Source: Octopus vulgaris
Lineage: Eukaryota
Assembly: GCA_951406725.2 (NCBI GenBank)
Contig: OX597823.1
Location: forward strand, 5,394,001 to 5,458,000
Direction of reading: 5' to 3'
DNA length: 64,000 nucleotides
How positions within the stretch are numbered: position 1 is the first letter of the stretch; every line of letters begins with the position of its first letter. The position numbers and the translations under genes were made by a program. Positions 55,646 through 64,000 of the stretch are shown in pieces. Below the pieces are notes generated by a model, which ran no database searches, was not told the origin of the DNA, and saw nothing but the letters and a program-made list of their open reading frames with translations.

Positions 55646-57332
55646 GCCTTTGTACAGCTTCTAACACTGGAGATGTACTACAGTGTCAGCTGTTCACTAA
55701 GGCAACACCTCTTATTTTTCAAGCACCATCTGGAGTATTCAAGTGGTTCCAAGCTGTGCTGTTTTCTGCAAGTGCTACACCCTTATTGCAGCCCATATTT
55801 GTTCCACGTACTTCTTGAGATTTTTGCTCACTGTTCCCAGGGATTCGACAATTATTAGTTCTACTGCTACCTTTTTCATTGACCACAACTGCTTAACTTC
55901 CCAAGCTAACCTATCATATCTCTCAACTTTTCTTTCTTCTTTATCGCATGCCTTGTTGTCAGCTAGGCATGCTATGTCTATGATCCAGCATCGTTTGCTT
56001 TCTTTCTCAATTAACACTATGTCTGGTTTCCTATTCTCCATCTCATGGTCACACTGAATCATAAAATCCTATAGGATCTTTGCATTTCTATTTTTGACAA
56101 TGCCTTCAGGTTTGTGGTCGTACCAATTTTTTGCTCTGTCAAGTCTGGTCGAACCAATTTTTTGCTCTGTCAAGTCCATACTTGTTGCAGAGTGTCCAAT
56201 GAACAAGCCTTGCCATATTGTCATGGTGTATTTTATATTCCTTCAGGGCTAGTGGCATACATTGGCTGTAATATGCCATACGGTTTCACTAGTTTGTCCA
56301 CAGATTCTGCACTTATCACTTTCTGCTGTGTTGTCTATTCTGTATTTTATGTAGTTTGTTCTTAGTGCTTGCTCTTGGGCTGCACAGATCAGAGCCTCCG
56401 TTTCCAGTTTTAAATCACTTTTAGTCATCCACAGCCAAATTTTTGCTCTGTCTGTCTTATCTTCAACATCCCTATGAAATTGTCCATGCATTCTTTTCTT
56501 TACCCACCTATTTTCAGTTTCATTCGTTTTCAATTGCTTGTACAGTGCTTTATCTTTCCAATCTTTCATCCTACACAAGTCTGACCTTCTTATAATAATA
56601 GCGGTTCTGTAGCATTTTTTACATACCATCCTATGTTGTTTTCTTCTGCTCTAATGCTGTGTTCACATCCAATAAGTCCTCTTCCCCCTCTTTTTCTTGG
56701 TACATACAGTCTGTCTGTGTCACCTTTTGAGTGGAGGGACCCATATCTAGCTCGCAACTTACTTGTCTTTCTGTCTAAGCTGTTTACTTCGTCCATGCGA
56801 TTACCCCTGCTCCAGGTGTTGATAGCTTTGATCTTATTCCATCCATTTAATTTCGTCTTAAGGATCAATCTCAGTCTGCGCGAGTACTCCACCTTAAATT
56901 TTTCTGTCATTTCTTTCTCCGTCAATTTATCCATTTCCAAAATCCCCAAGTACTTATAGCCCGTCTCTTCTATCTACTTCATAACCTCACCCAAAGGTAT
57001 CGCTAGCCCATCCATACATTTGATTTTGCCTCTCTTCAAGACTAACACACCATACTTTCTCAGTCCGAACTCCATTCTGATATCAGCACTGAAGGTATAC
57101 ACCATATCAATGAGGGAACTGACTTGGGCTTCATCTTTACCATAAAGTTTGAGGTCATCCATGAATAGCAAATAGTTGACTTTTTGCTGGCGGCTTTTTA
57201 ATACATACCCAGCTTTTGCTTTCCTCAGAATCAGTGTTAGTGGTATCAAGCACAGTACAAAGATCAGTGGGGACAGGCAGTCCCCTTGGAAGATGCTCCT
57301 CTAAACTTCTCCTCCTCCTCCTTCTTCTTCTT

Positions 57333-57404
<72 letters not shown>

Positions 57405-57540
57405 TTAAAGACAGACAAAAGCTGCTAAGTATTATATCTGTTTTTACATTCCGTGTTCAAATTCTGATCATACCATCCAACCCATACCAGCATGGATAAT
57501 GGACGTTAAATGATGATGATGACGGTGATGGTGATGATGG

Positions 57541-57584
<44 letters not shown>

Positions 57585-60203
57585 TAATCTGCCTTACATA
57601 TTAGAAATAAAGATATTTATTCTCAAACCAGTTTCTTACAGTGAACTGGAACTTTGTCACAATTTTAGTGTCCACCATGGTGATTGGATGAAATACAACT
57701 CCCTATCTGGATAATGGATACTCTGTGGCAGTTATTACTTCTAGCTGTCATGCACCAATGAATGAACCTCTATGCTGCTACTTGAATTGAAAGAAATTGC
57801 AACAGAATCTGTCATCCTGTTGAAAACTAAGTCAAAAGCCAAGTTCTGTAATGTTTCTTTAAAAGAACAGAAATGAATGATGGAGGAAGAGATTACAGTT
57901 TTTTCTCCTTTACAAATGAATGTAAACAAAGTTAATACAATTCTTGTCATGTCTTGTATTTTAGAACTGGCTGATAGTCTCATGTGGTACTATGTCATAC
58001 AGAAAGTTAAATTGCTCTCTAATGTATTAATTTATTTTAAAAAAATAAGGAAACATTGGTTAACGTAGCAGAAGGTACCACCATATCTCCTAAAAAGACA
58101 TCTTTTTTTTGTGGTTGAAATATCTTTGATTATAAATCTGTTTGAGCAGGTAAGACATGAGATAATATATAACAATGCCAACAGCTTCTAGTTTTCTTAT
58201 CACATTCCTAAACATCTATGGCAACATTAAACAGGATTACAACAGCAAAACAATGGGCAATGAACCTAGTTACTCTCAGCTCTACTGTTATCAACTACAC
58301 ACTGGCCTTACGATGATGGTGATATATATATATAAATATATATAATATATTGAGTCATAAAATCACTTAACTAAGTGTCTTTCCTAATGATAAAGTGTAA
58401 TACATGATACAGAGTTAATTGACTGAGTCTAACTCTGCATCTAAAAGAGGAAGAATCTGGGCTTTATGTTTTTATATATATTTTATTCTCTGTTATGTTT
58501 TTGATGATATTACTACTGGCAGATTTCATTGTTTCTCCACTATTCCAAATGAGAATTTTATTGTAGTATTTGTGTATGTTACATAGCTTATGGTTTGCTT
58601 CTGGTTGTTAACTATGCCTCATGATGCTATCTGTGGCATGGGAAGGTTAATGATGAATGTTGTTGTTAGATATGCAGCTCAGTGTTTGAGACAGGAGTTG
58701 AATTGGATGAGAATGTGTTGGCTCATTTTCTGTCATCGTCAGGAGAAAGTCAGATATGACTTTCTCCTGACTATGACAGAAAATGTTTATGGGTAGTATC
58801 TGGATGTTTGTATAGTTATACATATATACATATGTGTGTGTGTGTGTGTGTGTACAAAGTATATATATATTTATTTTTACATATATGTATATAAATGTAT
58901 GGACACTGTTGATGAAGTGAAAGCATACAGAAGTCATGACCAAGCAGTTCCACTGCTGGTGCTGAACATTTTTGACCACAACTGAGGTTTCTGTGCTTTT
59001 TTGCTCTATACCTATACAAGATGCTTTCTGAAGATGAATACTACAGTATTATGGCATTCTTAATGTACATCCACATTAAGTAGAATAGATTGCTATTTGA
59101 TACTAATACTGCTCCCATCACTAATAACTAATATACACACATACACACCAACGCTTCCTGCCGGATTAGGGCTAAATAGCAGTGGTGTGATTCCCTTTAT
59201 GGGACTCATGTTAAGTTGACAGTATACAACTGCTCTGAAAAAACAAGATAATTTGACCTTATATCAAAAAGAAACAAGAACGCAGGAATGATTGTGTTAG
59301 AATAAATGTTATACAGAATTTTGGTTCCATTTTCCAGCCGATAGGATACAACTCTCTTCCTGGAGAGTGCATAGTTTACTTCAGTCTTTTCATTCTTATA
59401 AATGTAGTGATATAACAGAATCAGTTGAGTGTTGGACAAATATCTTATGACATTTCTTCCAACTCTATACATTTCTGAGTTCAAATCTTGTCATGGTCAT
59501 CTTAGTCTTTCATCCTTCAGGGATCAATAAAATAAGGTACCAGTCAAATACTAGTGTTGATGGCACTAACTAGACCTCTCCCCTCAAAATTGTTGACCTT
59601 GTATCAAAACCAGAAACTATTATTACCTCTAGTAAAAATGGTTTCTCTAAAGGCAACAAGCTGGCAGAACTGTTAACATGCCTGACCAAATACTTAGCAG
59701 CATTTTGTCCGTTTTTAAGCTCTGAGTTCAAATTCTGCCAAGGTTGACTTTGCCTTTCATCCTTTTGGGATTGATGATAAAAGTACCTGTCAAGTAGTGG
59801 GAATGATTTTATTGACTAATCCCTTCTCCAAAACTTTCGGGCCTTGTGCCTATAGTTACCATCAGCAAATTAAAGATCCTCTTGCTCAACTTGCATAGCT
59901 TCATGTCCTCATATCACAATACACATTTAAAAAAAAAAGAGGGTCATAGTACATAATGTAGTCCTAAAAACACTATTTCTGAAATTACAAAAGCAAACCG
60001 AAAATAAGAAGAAAAGAAAGAAAAAGAAAAAGAACAGGATGGTCATAAATTATTTCTTTAATTATAGTCTGCACAATAAAACCTGACCTGGCACTTAACA
60101 ACGAGAAATTAACAAAATACTTACCCATGTTGGATCTTGATAAATTTAGATATTTAACATTTGATGTAGCTTCGTAGGTTTCTTCCATTGCTGTTTTACT
60201 CAT
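12334..60203 (-). CDS. Multi-exon host gene (at least 16 exons, ~499 codons assembled, 3' end unresolved) encoding an uncharacterised protein with N-terminal leucine-rich repeats and an LRR-cap-like motif
   Basis: Exons joined by hand: all introns GT..AG, phases 1,0,1,1,0,0,1,2,0,2,0,2,1,0,0 match pairwise, no internal stop. LRR motifs [44 protein letters not shown], then [17 protein letters not shown]. Confidence 0.85.
12638..12854. mobile_element. piggyBac-like MITE (~215 bp, TTAA-CCC...GGG-TTAA); other copies near 7721, 10668, 17515, 23382, 23766, 23968, 32993, 45308, 46165, 47140
   Basis: TTAA at 12638-41 and 12851-54, CCCTT/AGGG ends, shared internal sequence across copies. Confidence 0.75.
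12925..13522 (-). mobile_element. Mariner 5' remnant
   Basis: TIR-like TATTGAGTTAGCCAAAAAGTCC; FLKRMV..EKW remnant. Confidence 0.55.
14445..14740. repeat. Degenerate ~82-bp minisatellite, about 3.6 units, with a detached unit at 13826-13920
   Basis: TAGATTT.TAAA..GACCAC recurs near 14450, 14531, 14613, 14696. Confidence 0.7.
14936..15097 (-). CDS. LRR gene exon 15 ([54 protein letters not shown])
   Basis: tttcag / GTAAGA, phase 0 to 0. Confidence 0.75.
17347..17435 (-). CDS. LRR gene exon 14 ([30 protein letters not shown])
   Basis: ttgtag / CAG|GTACCT (weaker donor), phase 1 to 0. Confidence 0.7.
18793..18887 (-). CDS. LRR gene exon 13 ([31 protein letters not shown])
   Basis: ttttttcag / G|GTATCT, phase 2 to 1. 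Confidence 0.8.
19911..20220 (-). mobile_element. Young CR1-like LINE 3' end with a (TAAC)n tail, inside a SINE
   Basis: Reads [38 protein letters not shown]; CpG-rich. Confidence 0.8.
21018..21130 (-). CDS. LRR gene exon 12 ([37 protein letters not shown])
   Basis: ttgtag / AG|GTAAAC, phase 0 to 2. Confidence 0.8.
22311..22413 (-). CDS. LRR gene exon 11 ([34 protein letters not shown])
   Basis: tgacag / GTAAGT, phase 2 to 0. Confidence 0.8.
23264..23337 (-). CDS. LRR gene exon 10 ([25 protein letters not shown])
   Basis: gcacag / GG|GTGAGA, phase 0 to 2. Confidence 0.8.
24270..24560 (-). mobile_element. Old R4/Dong-like 3' end
   Basis: [17 protein letters not shown] remnant, followed by a degenerate (TAA)n. 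Confidence 0.55.
26750..27787 (+). mobile_element. Second young PLE (different family): last 16 codons of the ORF, a ~880-nt 3' UTR/pLTR and a 102-bp inverted partial pLTR at the 5' side
   Basis: 26853-26903 reads [16 protein letters not shown], like the CPH..FLL end of the neighbour; arms 26750-26851 and 27532-27633 look identical; CpG-rich; (TA)n on both sides. Confidence 0.75.
27483..27576 (+). ncRNA. Type I hammerhead ribozyme (PLE-type, minimal palindromic stem III)
   Basis: CUGAAGA at 27493-27499; stem II GAAAG.CACAA...UUGUG.CUUUC; GAAAC-ACGU-GUA at 27555-27566; stem I UUC/GAA with further AU pairs. Confidence 0.8.
28166..29881 (-). CDS. Uninterrupted 571-aa PLE reverse transcriptase + GIY-YIG endonuclease ORF (N-terminus truncated; first ~12 aa come from the inverted arm)
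   Basis: ORF track plus motifs; junction at about 29844. Confidence 0.85.
   Translation of the reverse strand: MSKKLTTVRLVSINKEASVIAAKLKLDKKIETLPQKEAFITIKDHKENFLSNPKCRLINPAKSELGIISKEILDKINTKIKTDTRLVQWSNSIEVVDWFKAIKNKKKARFTQFDIVDFYASISKELLDKALIFASDFIEISTNDKDIIFHARKTLLFSENAKWVKNTDTEGAFDVSMGSYDGAGICDLIGLFLLDTFSKTFPNVHFAIYKDDALALTANTNGPAQDRFRKDIIQLMKHFGLSITIDTNLTVVNFLDVSLDLNNNIYKPYRKPNDRLSYINVGSCHPPIVFKNLVKNISKRISSLSSNEDIFNSVAPVYNKALKDSGFSKKIKYTPITSPTIRKRNNRNRKVIWFTPPYSPEVAFNIGKYFLALIDRHFPVNHAYRKLFNRHNLKISFSSTTNFKNIINHNIQKTQEENSCSCRNKELCPLNGACMSKTIIYEATVNSITTKDTVSTKKYVGLTEGNFKARFNNHTLSFRHWNKRKATQLSNHIWSLRDKGVDYNIQWKILARCKPYTNGSGRCGLCDMERWLIWKSSLDPTTCLNTRTELFGSCPHVTKFLLRFWSPKENG
29844..30827 (+). 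pseudogene. Inverted duplicate of the RT thumb and GIY-YIG part of the same PLE
   Basis: Protein identical to the minus copy except V/I (LDVSL vs LDISL) and K/E (FSKK vs FSEK). Confidence 0.9.
31022..31084 (+). ncRNA. Variant hammerhead-like motif in the PLE pLTR (mirror copy 27909-27971 on minus)
   Basis: AGAUAA-CCGAAGA-GAUG...CAUC-U-GAAAC-UCAGA-GUU-UUAUCU; U4C change and one extra U versus the canonical core. Confidence 0.5.
31927..32260 (+). mobile_element. tRNA-derived SINE family B; full minus-strand copy 1672-2007, partial 31315-31540, relative 21748-22070
   Basis: TGACTCAGTGG / GTTCAAATCCC boxes, GTGTTCTTGAGCAAGACAC core; copies align end to end. Confidence 0.85.
32819..32918 (-). 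CDS. LRR gene exon 9 ([33 protein letters not shown])
   Basis: ctacag / CTG|GTAAGT, phase 2 to 0. Confidence 0.8.
33735..33804 (-). CDS. LRR gene exon 8 ([24 protein letters not shown])
   Basis: tttcag / CG|GTAAGC, phase 1 to 2. Confidence 0.8.
34339..35632 (-). mobile_element. Decayed full-length mariner (second family)
   Basis: TIR GGTGGTA.CAAAAAGTTCCTGGACTAGTT at both ends; [17 protein letters not shown]. Confidence 0.9.
38016..38064 (-). CDS. LRR gene exon 7 ([16 protein letters not shown])
   Basis: ttttaccag / G|GTATGT, phase 0 to 1. Confidence 0.8.
38197..38456 (-). mobile_element. SINE family D, cut by the mariner at 38460; partial copy 43130-43246
   Basis: Near-identical ~115-bp block in both places; B-box GTTTCGATTCCC on minus. 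Confidence 0.7.
38460..39608 (+). mobile_element. Highly decayed mariner (third family)
   Basis: Imperfect TIR TGTACAGAAAGTAATGCAAAA / TTTTGTATTACTTTCAGTACA; IVTEDE..YDPE and [10 protein letters not shown] remnants. Confidence 0.75.
39880..39957 (-). CDS. LRR gene exon 6 ([26 protein letters not shown])
   Basis: tttcag / AAG|GTAAGA, phase 0 to 0. Confidence 0.8.
41277..41338 (-). CDS. LRR gene exon 5 ([21 protein letters not shown])
   Basis: tttcag / GTAAGT, phase 1 to 0. Confidence 0.8.
42890..43070 (+). mobile_element. Solo PLE pLTR related to 9670-9790
   Basis: Shared GAAGAG.RTAGGCT.. and CACCTGTCTTCGTCTTTTGTTT blocks; (TA)n flanks. Confidence 0.6.
43652..44520 (-). mobile_element. Internally deleted copy of the second mariner family, inserted in a SINE
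   Basis: Same TIRs, [15 protein letters not shown]; SINE sequence resumes after 44522. Confidence 0.9.
45556..45618 (-). CDS. LRR gene exon 4 ([21 protein letters not shown])
   Basis: tttcag / G|GTATGT; LRR-cap-like YR...LP....LDG. Confidence 0.9.
46894..47050 (-). CDS. LRR gene exon 3 ([52 protein letters not shown])
   Basis: tttcag acceptor, T|GTAAGT donor, LRR motifs. Confidence 0.9.
48478..48605 (-). CDS. LRR gene exon 2 ([43 protein letters not shown])
   Basis: Long pyrimidine tract then AG; donor AAG|GTATTC; LRR motifs. Confidence 0.9.
49303..49720 (+). mobile_element. tRNA-derived SINE family A (CORE-like); tandem copy 48690-49110, others near 8700, 13925-14430, 18317, 19563, 36215, 52320-52720, 63300-63627
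   Basis: A-box TGGCTGTGTGG, B-box GGTTCAGTCCC, then CTTGGGCAAGTG; internal microsatellite. Confidence 0.85.
49763..50617. mobile_element. Tc1/mariner-superfamily (maT-like) 5' fragment on plus, fused to one end of the second mariner family
   Basis: [23 protein letters not shown]; TIR remnant AGTCCAAGAACTTTTT..CACCTCATA at 50590-50619. Confidence 0.6.
54615..55200 (+). mobile_element. CR1/L2-group LINE RT C-terminal fragment
   Basis: [30 protein letters not shown]. Confidence 0.8.
55212..55592 (-). mobile_element. Second R4/Dong-like 3' fragment in tandem
   Basis: [25 protein letters not shown] remnant; ends in a short (TAA)n. Confidence 0.7.
55646..57300 (-). mobile_element. 5'-truncated R4/Dong-like non-LTR retrotransposon (RT, CCHC knuckle, restriction-like endonuclease)
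   Basis: [50 protein letters not shown]; (TAA)n at both ends. Confidence 0.88.
59651..59856 (+). mobile_element. SINE family C (Nin-domain-like core); copies near 15585-15800, 25354-25565, 45705, 46300, 54450, 59395
   Basis: Shared GAGTTCAAATTC..GACTTTGCCTTTCATCCTTT.GGG.T.GAT..AAGTACC. Confidence 0.75.
60125..60203 (-). CDS. LRR gene exon 1 ([26 protein letters not shown])
   Basis: ATG with an in-frame TGA 7 codons upstream; donor G|GTAAGT, phase 1. Confidence 0.75.
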
Positions 60204-60294
60204 ATTTGCAATAAAAATTTCTCAGAATGAAACTATATTTGAAAATATGTTCTTTAATAGAACAACATTACTTGTCTGTAGCATTTGTTAAGTT

Positions 60295-60308
60295 GTTAAC
60301 TTAGCAAC
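60295..60308. promoter_or_regulatory. Candidate RFX X-box (GTTAAC-TT-AGCAAC) about 90 bp upstream of the ATG
   Basis: Resembles the GTNRCC-N0-3-RGYAAC consensus with a perfect right half; lies in a short unique stretch. Confidence 0.4.
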
Positions 60309-60499
60309 GGCTGTTTACTGACAGCTAAACTTACTGTGCATTATACTTAGTCTTTGTTTATAAGATTACACAAGAGTTCAAGTTACCCAGCAATAAATAA
60401 ATAAATAAATAAATAAATAAGTAAAACCTGTGCATGTGTGTGCTTGTGTTTGTGTGTGTGTGTGTGTGTGTTTTTGTGTGTGTGTGCATCTGGTTTGTC

Positions 60500-62600
60500 A
60501 GCAGTCGGAGGCCTGAAATTTGCCAAAAGGGCATTTTTTTGGTGACAGCAATAGGATAAATCATATTTTTGTTGATGGATACTGCAGGAGGATATGCATT
60601 TTTTTGCGGAGGCAGAGCTGGCAGTTGGGGGTGGTGGGTGAATATGGTGGTGCTTTGTCAACAATAGTCCACTTGATACTGGGTATTTCATCTTGGAGAT
60701 CATGGAATTTCCAGAGAAAACATGACAGGGAAGTAGAGTTCTCTATGTCCCTGGATCTGAACACGTGCATATGCTGGGAGTATCTTCCCTTGAAGTCATT
60801 AGCTGTCATACCCATATAGTGTCTAGTAATGCTATCAGATTGTGTAAAGGTGCTTCTGTATACTATGGCCCTTGAGAGACAAGACTTTTCCAGAGGGCAC
60901 ATGGTGGAGTTACGGAAGTTGCAGGTTATGGTTGGGGTTGTTGTGGGTGCATTTTACGCCTATCGATGTGTGCGATGTTAGATGTTGTCTAAGTAGGAGT
61001 AGCCCACTTGACATTATGGGGAGGGGGGTTGAAGAGTTTGTTATACTTATGGCCTCTGGGGAAGTGTTTCTTAATTAACGATAGGAAGCCCCTAGCTATG
61101 TTGGTGGAAACTTCTGGGTTGAAGCGGGGTATACCATATTATTTTCCATCTCCTAATCCTTTTGGGGTGAGGAGAGGGTGTTTGGGGGTTGTCCACATAT
61201 GTGAGCTTCTCAGTAAGCCCACTCCTAGTTAAAGCATTGTTTTAGTGGTGGGGCTGTTAAAGGTCTCTCTATTGGCCGAGATATTAGATAGTTGTTTACT
61301 AATACCTGGAACCAGGTTTCTTATTACAGCAGGGGTATGGTTTGAGCTCTTGTGGATGTATACTGTATCCTCCTTAGGCTTCCTGTATGGGTAATACTTT
61401 CCTGTACTGAGGTCTAAGGTTACATCCAAGAAATTGACTGTAGTCAGGTTGGTGGTAACTGTTATGGACAAGCCAAACTCCTTAAATATTTTTATCAAGT
61501 CCTTCCTGAACCTGTCCATGGTGTGGTCATTCATATGACCTGAGATAGCCAGGCCGTCATCCCTGTAGAGGGCTGACCTATGTGGGTGGGTATGTCTTTT
61601 GAGGGTATCCAAGATGTATAACCTGATATATTTCAGCCCTGTCAAGATGTATTTCAGCCCCATCAAAGCTCCTCATAGAGATGTCAAACAATGGGTTGCC
61701 TTCTTTTTTCACCCAGAAGGAATCGTCATGCGCCAGAATTTACTTTCTGGCATTCATGATAATTCTGATGTCAAGGTCACTAATGCTGGTGTATTGCTCA
61801 GCAAAAGTTAGGACCTTCAGAAAGAGGGGCTTAGATATGGAAGGGTAGAAGTCAACAAGGTCGAACTGGGTGAATCTACAGGTTGATTTATTCTCGATAC
61901 AGTGGCACCAGTTGACCACGACTGTGCTGGAATTCCATTGAGTCAACCCTGTAGATCTTCTGATATCAGAGTTGATAGTATCGAGAATACCTTTGCTAAT
62001 AATACCTAACTCAGTTTTAGAGGGGTTGATCAGCCTGCATTTTGGATTGGAGTGGAAGTTAGGCTTATGGTCCTTAAGTGTAATATGGGGGCAGGGGTTG
62101 TGTGGATAGGTAATCCACGCAATCCTCTATATTAAGGTGGATGACAAGCTCCTTTGCACCTGTATTTGTCATTGTATATGGAATTATGTGTTTTCTTGTA
62201 TGTTTGGGTGATGGCACTTGTAAGAAGTGTTGAGTGTGTGGAAGTGTTCATTTCATAAATGTTCTTTGTTTTGTCTACAAAATTGTTTAATGCTGGTCAT
62301 ATAGTTATTTAGGGGTTTAAGGAAGAGGTAAAAATAATGCCAAAATCTTACCTTCTTTACAATGTTCTATAGGTCAGTCTCAAAGTTCTCAAGGTCATTC
62401 ATACGTGAGGGGCACTTTTGGCATTTGAAGCTGAATTTATCCATAGATGTAGTAATAAATGGATTCTCGTAGCAGAAAGCCTTCCAGCGCATGTGCTTGA
62501 TGACACTTTCCATCTTCGCCATCTTTTCCGTAAGTCGTCTCAGGTAGATTTTCCTTGGAGGTATTTGGATATTCCTCAGCAAGTATGGTAGTGGTTGTCT
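60500..62600 (-). mobile_element. Decayed near-full-length Naiad-type PLE (third family)
   Basis: Frameshifted fragments: MESVIKHMRWKAF, ITLKDHK, RLINP, FTQFDLVDFYPSI, LYRDDGLA, VNFLDVTLDL, CPLEKSCL..IVY..YMGMT..FKGRY..H, CQLC. Confidence 0.88.
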
Positions 62601-62672
62601 CTCCATTGCAAAATGTTGGCCAGACATTCATGAAATGAAATGATGATGATGATGATGATATACATTATATCA

Positions 62673-62885
62673 TATGAAGGGGTGCTGTAAAGTTCCTGGC
62701 TTTGAGTAAAAGAAGATACAGGAGGATTAGTTAATTATGATTTCATACAAGCATATTCCTCTCCCAGATCCATACACTTATTACAGCAGTCTTTCAGTTT
62801 TTCTAAGCCATTTAAAAGAACTTGGAAGGTTGGGCCTCCAACCAGGCTTTTCATGATACCCCAAAAGCCAGGAACTTTCATATAT
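62673..62885. mobile_element. Mariner-type MITE
   Basis: Inverted ends AAAGTTCCTGGCTTT / AAAGCCAGGAACTTT. Confidence 0.6.
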
Positions 62886-62911
62886 AGCCAGGAACTTTCA
62901 TATATAGAAAT

Positions 62912-62948
<37 letters not shown>

Positions 62949-64000
62949 TATGCAGCCGGCTGGCTTACCGGTTTTCAGTCAATCTGTCGGACCCATGCCA
63001 GCATGGAAAGTAGACATTAACTGATGATGATGATGATGAGGATGATGAGGATGACGGTGACATATACATACAAACATACAATTAAATACATACATATATA
63101 CATGATGCGGACAGTATTTGAGGACACATGTATTTTTAGTCATTATTTTATTTGACTAACTTTTATTGAGCTTCTGTTTCAGAAAATAACAATGACTGAC
63201 CCTATGCTTACTAATGAAATGAAAATATCACAAAAACTGTTACTCAGAGTTTCACGTTCCTGTTCATCGGACAATTTTGTTTAGAATATATATAAATCGA
63301 TCCCAGGACTTATTCTTTGTTAGCCTAGTACTTATTCTAATGGTCTCTTCTGCCAAACCACTAAGTTACGGAGACATAAATACACCAACATCCATTGGAG
63401 GGACAGGCACAAACACACAAACACACATACACACACACACAGACACACACGCACACACATACACGATGGGCTTCTTTCAGTTTCCGTCTACCAAATCCAC
63501 TCACATGGCTTTGGTCAGCCCAAGGCTATAGTAGAAGACACTTACCCAATGTGCCATGCAATGAGACTGAACCCAGAACCATGTGGTTGGTAAGCAAGCT
63601 ACTTACCACACAGCCACTCCTGCGCCTATATATATATATAAAACCTACATGTATATACACACACATATATACACACATGGTGGCTGCCCCCTTGTTATCG
63701 AGTATGGCCATTGCACAAAGCTTAATCAATGTTGTTATCATGCAATGCCTGTGCAAGAAGAGTTTTTTTAAAGTGAGGAAAGGCTGTGCACTGAGTCAAT
63801 CCCACTCACTAAGCAACAGCAGTCATAATCCGAAAAGAAGACCAAGTCAACATCATCGGTAACCACTGAGCCGCAGGTTTTATGTCGGAGTTATCCCAGT
63901 TACCTGAGTTACCTTCTCCTAGAAGGATGCCCTAACAAAGGCTAGGAGTCCTTCACTCCCAATGGTTTAACCACGCAATTGGGTATTCAGTCCGATTATT

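Noticed and set aside
63680-64000. Possible LINE end or HDV-like ribozyme
   Set aside because: Looks repeat-derived but is cut by the window edge, and I could not build the nested pseudoknot.

Overview
AT-rich, microsatellite-dense eukaryotic DNA. The repeat families (tRNA-derived SINEs, RTE-type (CAT)n tails, mariners) suggest an octopus/coleoid genome; this is an inference. Most of the window is one minus-strand host gene. I could chain 16 short exons (60203 to 12334) with canonical GT-AG sites and consistent phases into about 499 codons of an N-terminal leucine-rich-repeat protein that I cannot name; its 3' end is unresolved. The introns hold several mariner/Tc1 copies, a piggyBac-like TTAA MITE family, R4/Dong-like, CR1 and RTE LINE fragments, SINEs, and many Penelope-like elements (PLEs). 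The most striking region is 26.7-31.1 kb: two young Naiad-type PLE insertions sit tail-to-tail in (TA)n tracts, each with a head-to-head fold-back copy (102-bp and 1275-bp arms) and a hammerhead-ribozyme motif. Older PLE remnants elsewhere repeat the same fold-back plus minimal-hammerhead architecture. All alignments, folds and family assignments were done by eye, with no database searches.
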